Part shown: one piece after another, positions 8,271 through 17,822 of the stretch | Layout of the letters: each line of letters begins with the position of its first letter | Position numbering within the stretch: the stretch's first letter is position 1 | Assembly: GCA_034659655.1 (NCBI GenBank) | Contig: JAYEHT010000201.1 | Coordinates: forward strand, 1-43,083 | Reading direction: 5' to 3' | DNA length: 43,083 bases | Origin: Candidatus Aerophobota bacterium | GTDB lineage: Bacteria; Aerophobota; Aerophobia; Aerophobales; JAGGXI01 | Notes under the pieces: model-generated | Database searches by the model: none | What the model was told of the DNA's origin: nothing | What the model saw: the letters and a program-made list of their open reading frames with translations, nothing else | Made by a program: the position numbers and the translations under genes

Positions 8271-9655
8271 GAACTAGGGAATATACCTCAGTAAAGGAGC
8301 TTACAGGACCCCTTATGTTAATAGATAAAGTCTCCGATGTTTCCTACGAAGAATTAGTAGAGATAGAACTCTCTAATGGAGAAAAAAGGAGGGGAAGAGT
8401 ATTAGAGGTGACTTCTGAGACAGCGCTGGTGCAACTGTTCGAACGAGCAACAGATTTAGGAGTTAAAGGAGCTCAAATAAAATTTTTAGGCAAGGGTATC
8501 CAATTAGGAGTATCTGAAGATATCTTAGGAAGAGTATTTGATGGATGGGGAAGACCCCGAGATGGAGGAGCAGAGATAATCCCGGAAAAAAGAGTGGATA
8601 TAGAGGGAATACCGATAAACCCTGAGGCTCGTGCTTACCCCGTAGAATTTATTCAAACAGGAACCTCAGCTATTGATGGGCTAAACACTCTTTCCAGGGG
8701 GCAGAAATTACCAATCTTTTCCGGAGCAGGCCTCCCTCATGTGCAACTTGCCGCTCAAATAGCCAGACAGGCTAAAGTCTTGAAAAAAGAGGAGGAGTTT
8801 GCTGTAGTTTTTGCGGCTATGGGAACGACTTTTGAAGAAGCAAACTTTTTCATCTCGGACTTTGAAAAAAGTGGAGCCATAGAAAAAGTTGTCCTTTTTC
8901 TCAATCTTGCTGATGACCCTGTGATTGAGAGAATTGCTACTCCCAGAATGGCTTTAACCTGCGCTGAATATTTAGCTTTTGAAAAAGAGATGCATATCCT
9001 CGTTATTTTAACTGATATGACCAACTATGCAGAAGCTCTTCGGGAAATTTCCGCTGCTCGTCGAGAAGTCCCTGGAAGAAGGGGCTATCCCGGCTACCTT
9101 TATACCGACTTAGCTACCCTTTACGAGCGTGCTGGTAGAATTAAGGGAAGAGAAGGTTCTATTACCTTAATTCCCATTCTTACAATGCCCGATGATGATA
9201 AAACCCATCCTATTCCTGATCTTACCGGCTACATTACTGAAGGGCAGATAATTCTCCAGAGAAACCTTCACCAAAAAGGAATTTATCCTCCTATTAATGT
9301 TCTTCCCTCCTTATCCCGTTTAATGGATGAAGGGGTAGGAGAAGGGAAAACTCGAGAAGACCATAGAGAACTCTCCAATCAGCTCTATGCCGCTTATGCT
9401 CAAGGAATGGAAATTAGAGAATTAGCTCTGGTTATGGGAGAAGCTACTCTCAGCAAAATGGACAAAAAATATCTCCTGTTCGCTGATAGGTTTGAAGAAG
9501 AATTTACTTCTCAAGGAGAAAACGAAAATAGAGAAGTAGAGGAGACATTGAATTTAGGGTGGAAGCTCCTTAAAATAATTCCTACCCCTGAGCTAAAACG
9601 AGTAAGAGACGAATATATAGAAAAATATGGAAAAAGAGATAAAAAGAGAGATTAA
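8267..9655 (+). CDS. ntpB: V/A-type ATPase subunit B
   Basis: 462 aa with a degenerate P-loop region (FSGAGLPH) and [26 protein letters not shown] overlap with ntpA. Confidence 0.9.
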   Translation: MRTREYTSVKELTGPLMLIDKVSDVSYEELVEIELSNGEKRRGRVLEVTSETALVQLFERATDLGVKGAQIKFLGKGIQLGVSEDILGRVFDGWGRPRDGGAEIIPEKRVDIEGIPINPEARAYPVEFIQTGTSAIDGLNTLSRGQKLPIFSGAGLPHVQLAAQIARQAKVLKKEEEFAVVFAAMGTTFEEANFFISDFEKSGAIEKVVLFLNLADDPVIERIATPRMALTCAEYLAFEKEMHILVILTDMTNYAEALREISAARREVPGRRGYPGYLYTDLATLYERAGRIKGREGSITLIPILTMPDDDKTHPIPDLTGYITEGQIILQRNLHQKGIYPPINVLPSLSRLMDEGVGEGKTREDHRELSNQLYAAYAQGMEIRELALVMGEATLSKMDKKYLLFADRFEEEFTSQGENENREVEETLNLGWKLLKIIPTPELKRVRDEYIEKYGKRDKKRD

Positions 9656-9657
9656 AA

Positions 9658-10278
9658 ATGTCTCCGGTAGTGCAAATCAATCCCACAAGAATGGAGCTCT
9701 TAAAACAGAAACAGAGATTAGGGGTAGCTAAAAGAGCTCACGATTTATTAGAAGATAAAAGGGATAAATTAATCAAGGAGTTTCTTCCTTTAATTAAAGA
9801 AGTGCGCACGCTAAGAGAAGAGGTAAGGAAAAATTTAAATAGAATCTATGCTGATTTTCAGTTAGCAAAAATGATAAATTCGGAAAGAGAAATAGAAGAA
9901 TCTCTTATGTGGCCTACAGTTAAAACAGGAATTGAGATTGAGGGCTACTCCCTTTTAAGAACTCCTCGATTTAAACTGGTAAAAGAAGGAGATATTCTCT
10001 GCTACGGATTTTATGAAAGTAACTGGAAACTGGATTCTGCTTTAAACTCTTTCTTCGAACTTCTTCCCTCCTTAATTCAGTTAGCTCAAAAAGAGGGAGA
10101 ACTGAAACAACTGGCTAAAGAGATAGAACGGACAAGGCGAAGGGTAAATGCCTTGGAGTATATTTTCATTCCCCAGATAGAAGAGGCAGTGGAATATATA
10201 ACCATGAAATTAGAAGAAAGAGAGAGAGCTCACATTATAAACTTGATGAAGATAAAGGAGATGCTGGAGGGAAGTTAG
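9658..10278 (+). CDS. ntpD: V/A-type ATPase central stalk subunit D
   Basis: 206 aa. N-terminal NPTRMELLKQKQRLGVAKRAHDLLEDKRDKLI is the hallmark of subunit D. Starts 2 nt after the ntpB stop. Confidence 0.85.
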   Translation: MSPVVQINPTRMELLKQKQRLGVAKRAHDLLEDKRDKLIKEFLPLIKEVRTLREEVRKNLNRIYADFQLAKMINSEREIEESLMWPTVKTGIEIEGYSLLRTPRFKLVKEGDILCYGFYESNWKLDSALNSFFELLPSLIQLAQKEGELKQLAKEIERTRRRVNALEYIFIPQIEEAVEYITMKLEERERAHIINLMKIKEMLEGS

Positions 10279-11449
10279 CTATCAATCTGGCAACTCTTTT
10301 TGCTCCCCCTGAACCTCCCATTCTTTGACTGCCAATTTTAGCCATATTATTTAATCGATGAGGGTTGGTAAGAAGTGAACAGACCTCTTTGGCTACAGAT
10401 TCTGCATTTCTGTCCACTATAGATATAGCTCCTCCTAAAAGCATACGTTGAATATAAAGGAATTTTTTTGTAATTTGAGGACCCCTGCCAGGGAAACTAA
10501 CCACAGGCTTACCTAAACCTACAGCCTGCTCATTAGCCATCCCGGCCAGACCAATTATTACCTGGGAAGAGTGAACTACATCACCAAATCTTCCCCGGAT
10601 TATTTTAATAAAAGTTTCTTTATCTGAAGTTAAAGAAGCTACTATCCCTTCCTTTTTTTCAGAAAAGCTATTAAGAGTTAATTTCCAATCAGGCTTTTTG
10701 CTCAACTTTTTTAAATCAAGTGAGGGAGAAAGAGAAAGGAGAAAAGCAACTTTTCCTAAAGAGGACATCTCTTGAGCGATTAACTTTACGGTATCCAAAA
10801 CAACAGTAAAATTATCATAAGCCTCCTTTTTACTTCCGGGAAGGATTCCCACCTTATATCGAGCTTCTCCTATTCCAAAATCTTCATTGGTTATACTTAA
10901 GCAGTCCATCATCACATTCCCCAGATAGATAGCATTTATATTAAAATCCTGCAAAGAAGAGGCTGTTTTTTTATCCCGGGGAATAACCAACTGGCAAAGA
11001 CGCCTGATTAACCACTTCTCTATTCTGTAATGCTCCTTCATTCCTTTTGCATAATCTGACTTAGCTGTAGGAAGAAAGATAATCGGTTTTTTAACAAAAA
11101 AAGAGGAGAGAAGAATTAAAAAAACATCTCCTACACAAACTACAAAATCTGTTAATTTCCGCTCACTCCTGAGGATATCTATACACTCTTTAAATACCTT
11201 AAGCCAGCCTGCTCTTATATCTTTAACTAAAAGAGAAGGGTTGAGACCTGCAAATCCTCCGCTGGGCATAATTTTTCGAGACCCTAAAACTTTTATATTT
11301 AGATGAGCGTAAGCTTTTCCTTCACCAACTAAAGGGAGAGCTTTAATATTTAAAGGATAAGGTAATTTCAACAATTCCTCAATTATCCTTGCGGCGATAG
11401 TATCTTCCGCATATCCATTGGATAGAAATAGTATATTTTTCTTATCCAT
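10235..11449 (-). CDS. GT-B glycosyltransferase of the lipid-A-disaccharide-synthase-related family (LpxB paralogue 1)
   Basis: 404 aa. N-terminal LFLSNGYAEDTIAARIIEEL, ILPGSKKE, and GLAGMANEQAVGLGKPVVSFPGRGPQ resemble the conserved LpxB-related family. The 3' end overlaps ntpD by 44 nt. Confidence 0.55.
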   Translation of the reverse strand: MDKKNILFLSNGYAEDTIAARIIEELLKLPYPLNIKALPLVGEGKAYAHLNIKVLGSRKIMPSGGFAGLNPSLLVKDIRAGWLKVFKECIDILRSERKLTDFVVCVGDVFLILLSSFFVKKPIIFLPTAKSDYAKGMKEHYRIEKWLIRRLCQLVIPRDKKTASSLQDFNINAIYLGNVMMDCLSITNEDFGIGEARYKVGILPGSKKEAYDNFTVVLDTVKLIAQEMSSLGKVAFLLSLSPSLDLKKLSKKPDWKLTLNSFSEKKEGIVASLTSDKETFIKIIRGRFGDVVHSSQVIIGLAGMANEQAVGLGKPVVSFPGRGPQITKKFLYIQRMLLGGAISIVDRNAESVAKEVCSLLTNPHRLNNMAKIGSQRMGGSGGAKRVARLIANFPPASPLSSSSL

Positions 11450-11450
11450 A

Positions 11451-12677
11451 TCAACTCTTTTCTTCTGCGGGAGTCTTTTTAGAAGAGGTGTAGAATCTCA
11501 TCATCCCGAGCCCTAAACCTATTATTAACCAGAACAGAAGTCCGAGTTGGAAATAATCTACAAAAGTCTCTACTACTCCATGAATCATAGCGCTAAATAT
11601 AGAAAGAAGACAACCAGCGACTAATCCATTGGCAACAAAAAAGGAGTGCTTTCGCAGGTAATTTATAGAATTACGGAAAAATATCATAATGACCCAGAGA
11701 AGCATTCCAAAACCGAGGATGCCTAATTCAGAGAGATAATTAAAGTAAATGCTATGAGCATGGGAATGAGCTGCCCTTATTGTCTGGGGATACTCAGGAG
11801 AAATTTTTACATAGGTTCCCAGTCCAGAACCGGTTATCGGATAATCTTTAATTATAGGAAAAACAATATTTTCCCAGGTATAGAGTCTCTGCTCCATATT
11901 TCCATATCTATTAGCAATACTGATTAACCAGTCGAAATTAAAGAGGACAAAAAGGAGGAGAATGAGTAAAAAAATTAAACAGAGCTTCCAGTTTTTAATG
12001 GCAAAAAGAATCACTAATACAGCAAAGACTGCCATCATACCTCCCAAAGATTTAGTTAAAGGCAAACAGACAAGGCCCAACCCTATAAAAATAGCCGGAA
12101 GCACCTTTTTCTTCATACTCTTTTGTATTAAAAGATAAACGAAGGATAAAGGTAAAACAAGGTCCAGATATTTAGCAAATCTGTTGGGATTACCCCAGGT
12201 TGAAGTAACTCCTCCTTTGGTAGCCATACTTATATTTAGAAAATACTTATGAAACTCAAATTCAAATTTTGTCAAGAATTGAATAATACCAAAGCCTGCC
12301 ACTACTATCCCTGATAATATAATCACCTGTAATATTTTTTCTACTCTTACACTATTCCCTACACTATCAATCATTAATAAACAGATAAAGGGATAAAAAA
12401 GGTAAAGCCCGAAACAACCGAGACTAAAAAGTTTATCCACAGAAAAAATAACAGAAAGCAGTATGGCAAAGGTCAAACCCAGCAAAGCAACTCCAAAAAT
12501 TTTAGGCTTAACACCCAAAAATCCCCTCAACTTTACCTTATGTAACCAGTAAACTAAAGCAATAATCATAGCAAGATAAGCTAAAGGAGTAAAAAAGGGC
12601 AAAAAGAAGATAAAGATTAAAACACTCCTCTCTATTGCCCGATCAACTTTTCTCTCCTTTTTGATATAATCTTCCAT
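11451..12677 (-). CDS. O-antigen ligase/polymerase-like membrane protein (Wzy_C-type)
   Basis: 408 aa with about 10-12 TM segments. The periplasmic-loop motif AHSHAHSIYFNYLSELGILGFG matches the O-antigen ligase domain signature. Confidence 0.7.
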   Translation of the reverse strand: MEDYIKKERKVDRAIERSVLIFIFFLPFFTPLAYLAMIIALVYWLHKVKLRGFLGVKPKIFGVALLGLTFAILLSVIFSVDKLFSLGCFGLYLFYPFICLLMIDSVGNSVRVEKILQVIILSGIVVAGFGIIQFLTKFEFEFHKYFLNISMATKGGVTSTWGNPNRFAKYLDLVLPLSFVYLLIQKSMKKKVLPAIFIGLGLVCLPLTKSLGGMMAVFAVLVILFAIKNWKLCLIFLLILLLFVLFNFDWLISIANRYGNMEQRLYTWENIVFPIIKDYPITGSGLGTYVKISPEYPQTIRAAHSHAHSIYFNYLSELGILGFGMLLWVIMIFFRNSINYLRKHSFFVANGLVAGCLLSIFSAMIHGVVETFVDYFQLGLLFWLIIGLGLGMMRFYTSSKKTPAEEKS

Positions 12678-12683
12678 TATTAT

Positions 12684-13598
12684 TTACTTACCTGTTTTTT
12701 TTATTTCTTCTCTAAATCCTTGAAGATAATAGTGGCAGGTAGTCAATCTTACAAGTGAGTCACATAACCAGCCTATTTTATGTTTTTGCGCAAATTCAAG
12801 AAGTTTTTTTCCGCTTTCCTTCTCATCAACCCATTTGCCTATAAAAGCAAAAGCGAAGAGAGGATTGCATTGAGTAGCCAATTTTACTTTAAACTCAGGG
12901 TATTTCTTATAATATAATGCTCCACTTATTCCCCGCCTCTTCTCTTTCTCGCAAAGATAATTTAAATTAAAATAACCCTTCTTCTTATAATGATACCCGA
13001 GAGCACTTCGATTTTTTTTCCTCTTTAATCCCCTTTTAATCAATCTATAGCCCAACTCTATGTCCTGCCAGCCGTAAACTGAAAAACTCTCATCAAATAA
13101 TCCTACCTCTAATAAAAATTTCTTTCTTATAGAGACATTAGCTGTATCAAAAGGAGAGAAAGAAATGTCAAAAACCCCCTTCCTCTTTTTACCCACCTCA
13201 TCAAGAGAAGATATTTGAATCAGCTCCCCGTTAACGATAACATCTCCATACTTTTTATGATAATTTAGATGCTGTTCAATAAAATCAGAGAGAACTATCA
13301 CATCGCTATCTACAAAGATAATAAATTCTCCTTCTGCTTTTTTTACTCCCCTATTTCTTGTTTTCGGAGCCCCCATCCTCTGTTTATTCCTTAAATATTT
13401 TACTTTACAAGGAGAAAATAAAGAGCTTATCATCTGTTCCGTTCCATCGGTGGAGCCATCATCAACTAAAACTATCTCATATTTATCCTGGGGATAGCTT
13501 TGATTAAAAAGAGCGGTAAGAACCTCTTTTAATATCTCTTTCCGATTATACGAAGGAATAACTATGCTCGCTTTAATCATCTTTTTCATTTTTCTCAA
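12684..13598 (-). CDS. family 2 glycosyltransferase (paralogue A)
   Basis: SIVIPSYNRK, YEIVLVDDGSTDGT, FVDSDV (DXD). The true start may be an internal Met, giving MIKAS. Confidence 0.85.
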   Translation of the reverse strand: MRKMKKMIKASIVIPSYNRKEILKEVLTALFNQSYPQDKYEIVLVDDGSTDGTEQMISSLFSPCKVKYLRNKQRMGAPKTRNRGVKKAEGEFIIFVDSDVIVLSDFIEQHLNYHKKYGDVIVNGELIQISSLDEVGKKRKGVFDISFSPFDTANVSIRKKFLLEVGLFDESFSVYGWQDIELGYRLIKRGLKRKKNRSALGYHYKKKGYFNLNYLCEKEKRRGISGALYYKKYPEFKVKLATQCNPLFAFAFIGKWVDEKESGKKLLEFAQKHKIGWLCDSLVRLTTCHYYLQGFREEIKKTGK

Positions 13599-13792
13599 AG
13601 AAGACTTCGGGCATTCCCTTCCGTCGCTGTATATCCGCTTTGAATTACTCTACTCATCTCCTTAGCTACGGGGAAAGCTTGAACTCGTCGCAGAGCTCCT
13701 CAAACAGCAAGTCTTTCTCCTTTTCCTCAACTCGGAGATTCGTTAAGGTAGCTCCTATAAGGCTCCTTCAGGGAAATGCCCTCAGTAGCGGA

Positions 13793-14716
13793 TTATAGAT
13801 ATAATTTCCTATGTAGATCAAGATTATATTTCTTCAAACCTTTCCTTAACCCTTTAGCATAAGCATGTACTAAATAAAACTTTATTAATAAATTTGAAAA
13901 AAGGTTAGCTTTCTCAGGAAAAGAGCTTTTACTTAAATTTCTATCCATCCAATCTTTAAAAAAGATTAGCTTATCGTACCAGAGATAGCGAAATCTTACT
14001 TCTCGTTTTATGCTTCTTAAGGGGTGTTTCTTGTAATAAAGCACAGCATTTACACCTCTATCATCTGCTTTCTTGTAAAGCTCGTTAAAATTATTTATAG
14101 CTTTCCCCTTTATATGGAAAGCATAAGCTTTTCTATTTTTTATTCTTCTCAACCCTATCTGTTTAAGCCTAAATCCCAGCTCTCTATCAAACCAGCCAAA
14201 GCCCCTGCCAAAATCCTCATCAAATAATCCCACTTTAATTAAATTCTCTTTTCGACAGGAGGTATTGGCAGTAATAAATGAAGCTCCAAAAAAATCAAAA
14301 AAAGCAAGAAGCTTTCCCCATTTATTATTAAATACGCCCTCTATTCTCTGAGTATTTATAGCTGGTCCGTCAACTATTATATTCTCATATTTTTTATGAA
14401 ACCTCATATGCTCACTAATAAATTGAGGAGGAACTAAAATATCTGAATCAATAAAGATTATCACGTTTCCCTCAGCTTTACTAATTCCAAAATTTCTGGC
14501 CTTGCTCGGCCCCTCTCTTCTATTATGTTGTAGATATTTCAATCTGCAGGGAGAGGTTTTCTCTTTTACCATCTTTTCCGTTCCATCGGTGGAGCCGTCA
14601 TCAACAACAACAATCTCATATTTATCTTCAGGATAATTCTGGCAAAACAGACACTCAACTGATTTTTCCAACAAAATCTTTCTATTATAAGTAGCAATAA
14701 CTACACTTACATCCAT
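13793..14716 (-). CDS. family 2 glycosyltransferase (paralogue B)
   Basis: VSVVIATYNRK, YEIVVVDDGSTDGT, FIDSDI. Clearly paralogous to the two neighbouring GT2 genes. Confidence 0.85.
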   Translation of the reverse strand: MDVSVVIATYNRKILLEKSVECLFCQNYPEDKYEIVVVDDGSTDGTEKMVKEKTSPCRLKYLQHNRREGPSKARNFGISKAEGNVIIFIDSDILVPPQFISEHMRFHKKYENIIVDGPAINTQRIEGVFNNKWGKLLAFFDFFGASFITANTSCRKENLIKVGLFDEDFGRGFGWFDRELGFRLKQIGLRRIKNRKAYAFHIKGKAINNFNELYKKADDRGVNAVLYYKKHPLRSIKREVRFRYLWYDKLIFFKDWMDRNLSKSSFPEKANLFSNLLIKFYLVHAYAKGLRKGLKKYNLDLHRKLYL

Positions 14717-15636
14717 GGAAGTAATCTAACCTTATATTTCCGCATACCTTCTTTTAAACCCTTACTATAAGCATAACTTGATTTCCACCTTACAAGTAGA
14801 TTTAACAAGAACTTATTATTATTTTTCCCTGCCGATGAAAGCATTTTTTCCCCAAAATCGTTATCTATCCACCAGATAAATTTGCTAAAAAGAAGAGTAT
14901 GTGTTCTTATGCCAAGCTTTACCTTTAAACTGGGATGTTTTTTATAGTAGAGGACCGCATTTACCCCTCGCTCCCTTATTCTTTCACATAAAGAAGGAAT
15001 ATCTGAAAAATTTCTTTTTCTCTTATAATGATAAACTATAGCTCCTACATCCCTTTTTACTTTAAGTCCTAATTTCTTAAGTCTTAGTCCCAATTCCCAA
15101 TCATGCCATCCATAACCTTCAAACTCCTCATTAAATCCACCCACTTTAAGCAAAATTTCTCTTTTAACCGAAAGATTAGAGGTGATAAGCGAAGGTCCTG
15201 ACCAGGCAAGTGACTCTCTAAATTTACTCCTTCTTATATCACTAAATACATCTTTAAGCTTATCTGTTGTCACTGTAGGTCCGCTAACCACCACATCTCC
15301 AAATCTGGAATGAAATTTTATATGCTCCTTTATAAAATCAGCAGGAGCAAAAATATCTGAATCAACGAAAACTATTATCTTTCCACGAGCATTTTTAATC
15401 CCCAAATTTCGAGCAATATGAGGCCCTCTTCGATTCTGATGGAGATACACTAATCTACAAGGGGGGGTGAGAGAATTTATCATTTCTTTAGTTCCATCGG
15501 TTGAGCCATCGTCAACGAGGATAATTTCATATCGATTTTTAGGGTAATTTTGTTGAAAGAGAAACTCAAGTGCTTTTCTCAACACATCTTTTCTATTATA
15601 GGTAGGAATAATAATACTTACCTCTATTCTCTCCAT
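14707..15636 (-). CDS. family 2 glycosyltransferase (paralogue C)
   Basis: VSIIIPTYNRK, YEIILVDDGSTDGT, FVDSDI. Overlaps paralogue B by 10 nt. Confidence 0.85.
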   Translation of the reverse strand: MERIEVSIIIPTYNRKDVLRKALEFLFQQNYPKNRYEIILVDDGSTDGTKEMINSLTPPCRLVYLHQNRRGPHIARNLGIKNARGKIIVFVDSDIFAPADFIKEHIKFHSRFGDVVVSGPTVTTDKLKDVFSDIRRSKFRESLAWSGPSLITSNLSVKREILLKVGGFNEEFEGYGWHDWELGLRLKKLGLKVKRDVGAIVYHYKRKRNFSDIPSLCERIRERGVNAVLYYKKHPSLKVKLGIRTHTLLFSKFIWWIDNDFGEKMLSSAGKNNNKFLLNLLVRWKSSYAYSKGLKEGMRKYKVRLLPWM

Positions 15637-15672
15637 CTTTTACCTACTATACCTTGGTAAATTTGCTCTATT

Positions 15673-17397
15673 TCAAGTTTTAAATTGGTTTTCGTACAAT
15701 CTTGCGTATAGTCCATTTTTAGCCATAAGTCCCTCGTGAGATCCCACCTCTTCCACTTTTCCTCCTTTAAGAACAACTATCTTATCCGCACCCAAAATGG
15801 TAGATAATCTGTGAGCAATGATAATGGTGGTTTTATTCCTCATCAACTTTTCCAAAGCTTCCTGAATTAAGACCTCAGCCTCTGCATCTACAGCAGAGGT
15901 AGCTTCATCAAGGATAAGTATACGGGGATCTCTAAGAATAGCTCTGGCAATGGCAATACGTTGCCTTTCTCCTCCGGATAACTTTACCCCTCTCTCGCCT
16001 ACCTGCGTTTCATATCCATCAGGTAAGGAACTAATAAAATCGTGAGCATTAGCTTTCTTTGCTGCCTCTACAATCTCTTCATTGGTTGCCTCCATTTTAC
16101 TATAAGCGATATTATCTCTTATGCTACCGCCAAAAAGTATAGTCTCTTGAGGAACAATTCCTATCTGCTCTCTTAAAGAAGTTAGTTTCACCTTTCTAAT
16201 CTCTTGCCCATCTACAGCTACCTTTCCCGAAGTAGGGTCATAAAAACGGGGAATAAGGCTAACCAGAGTGGTTTTACCCACTCCACTCGGCCCCACCAGA
16301 GCAATTCTTTCGCCAGGCCTTAAATCTAAATTAATGTTCTCTAAAACTAACTCCTTATCATTATAACTAAAGGAAACATCTTCAAATTTTATATATCCTT
16401 TTACAGGAAGCATTTCTACTGCTGAAGGGAGCTCTTTTATCTCTGGCTCAATATCGAGAATCTCAAAGATTCGGGCTGCGGAAGCTAATCCTCGCTCATA
16501 ATGACTGTAATTTCTACTTATCTGATTTAGTGGATTGACAGCTAATCCTACATATCCCAGAAAAGCAACCAGTTCTCCGATACTTAGAACCCCTCCTATT
16601 ACCTCCCTCGCTCCATACCATAAGATTACTACCAAACCGAGAGTAGTCAAAATCTCTACTATAGGGGGGAGCATAGCCACTTGCTGGGCTCTCTTCATAC
16701 CTAAACGTAAGTTTATTATATTCTGCTCCTCAAATTTTTTTATCTCCTGGTCTTCGGTAGCAAACGACTTTATTACTTCAATACCTCCTATAGTCTCCTG
16801 AAGAATGGAAGAAACATCTGCCATTTTAGCTTGAACTGAGGTACTAAACTTTTTCACACGAGAACCAATTCGGTTAATAGTAAAGAGCAAAAAGGGGAAG
16901 ACAGCTAAAACACAAAGAGATAGCTTCCAGTCTATATAGAAGAGAAATGCCAGAACTCCTACCATAATTAAAAAATTCAAAAATAACCTAATCATGCGGT
17001 TAGCAATAACTTCCTGGAGCACGTTCACATCGTCCACCACCCGGGACATAATCTCTCCGGTGCGCCTCTTTTTATAAAAACTCAGGGAAAGCTTCTGCAG
17101 ATGTTGAAATATTTGATTGCGCATATCTGTAACTACTTTATAGCCAATAAATGAGCTTAAGTAAGTCTGAAGATAGTAAAAGACCCCTTTTATGGCTATC
17201 GCTGCCACAATTCCAAGGGCAACTAAATTTAGTAAAAAAAGATTTTTTTCTATGATAACCTTATCAATCAAACCTTTTCCTAAAAACCAGGGAATTGCTA
17301 AGGTGCATAAGGTTACAAAGACTGCGCAAACTACGGTTAAAATTAAAATTTTTATATAAGAACGAAGATACCTCATTAATCGATATTGTGTATTCAT
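15673..17397 (-). CDS. msbA: ABC exporter with fused permease and ATPase, MsbA-like lipid flippase
   Basis: 574 aa. Six N-terminal TM helices, Walker A GPSGVGKTT, signature LSGGERQR, Walker B ILILDEATS. The gene symbol rests on family resemblance and context only. Confidence 0.75.
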   Translation of the reverse strand: MNTQYRLMRYLRSYIKILILTVVCAVFVTLCTLAIPWFLGKGLIDKVIIEKNLFLLNLVALGIVAAIAIKGVFYYLQTYLSSFIGYKVVTDMRNQIFQHLQKLSLSFYKKRRTGEIMSRVVDDVNVLQEVIANRMIRLFLNFLIMVGVLAFLFYIDWKLSLCVLAVFPFLLFTINRIGSRVKKFSTSVQAKMADVSSILQETIGGIEVIKSFATEDQEIKKFEEQNIINLRLGMKRAQQVAMLPPIVEILTTLGLVVILWYGAREVIGGVLSIGELVAFLGYVGLAVNPLNQISRNYSHYERGLASAARIFEILDIEPEIKELPSAVEMLPVKGYIKFEDVSFSYNDKELVLENINLDLRPGERIALVGPSGVGKTTLVSLIPRFYDPTSGKVAVDGQEIRKVKLTSLREQIGIVPQETILFGGSIRDNIAYSKMEATNEEIVEAAKKANAHDFISSLPDGYETQVGERGVKLSGGERQRIAIARAILRDPRILILDEATSAVDAEAEVLIQEALEKLMRNKTTIIIAHRLSTILGADKIVVLKGGKVEEVGSHEGLMAKNGLYARLYENQFKT

Positions 17398-17511
17398 AAA
17401 TTAGCTCCCATTTTTTAGCCCAAGCAATGCCAGAGGTAATAGTTAGCTTTCCTAAAAGAGTGAATGTGAATAGTAGATTAGCTTCTATAAAGCTTAGACC
17501 TCCCTCTTTTC

Positions 17512-17532
17512 AGGAAATCTTGCCTATTACAA
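17512..17532. repeat. 21-bp direct repeat, unit 1 (AGGAAATCTTGCCTATTACAA)
   Basis: Exact copy of 17549-17569. Lies in the divergent msbA / methyltransferase intergenic region. Confidence 0.85.
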
Positions 17533-17548
17533 TGTCTCAATATTTTTT

Positions 17549-17569
17549 AGGAAATCTTGCCTATTACAA
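17549..17569. repeat. 21-bp direct repeat, unit 2
   Basis: Exact copy of 17512-17532, with 37 bp between unit starts. Confidence 0.85.
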
Positions 17570-17822
17570 AAGAATAAGCCATTTCTTTTTTTTAGTCAAG
17601 TCCTCCTGAATTTACACTTATATTATACTACCAATTCAGTTATTGTAAAATCTATGGAAGGATAATTTATTCAGCTCTTTCTCAGAAATACTGGTTACAA
17701 TCTCAACCAATATTTTGAACTAAACTACCGTGATCGGTCAATATATAATTATAGGTTTTAAGGAAGTTTTGCAAGAAGGTTGACTAATAAATTTATTTCA
17801 TTAAAACTAAATTCTGGAGTAG

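Noticed and set aside
17427-17609. 60-aa ORF in the msbA / methyltransferase intergenic region
   Set aside because: It contains the 21-bp direct repeat pair and promoter-like elements. It has no SD and a low-complexity product. It is better explained as regulatory DNA.
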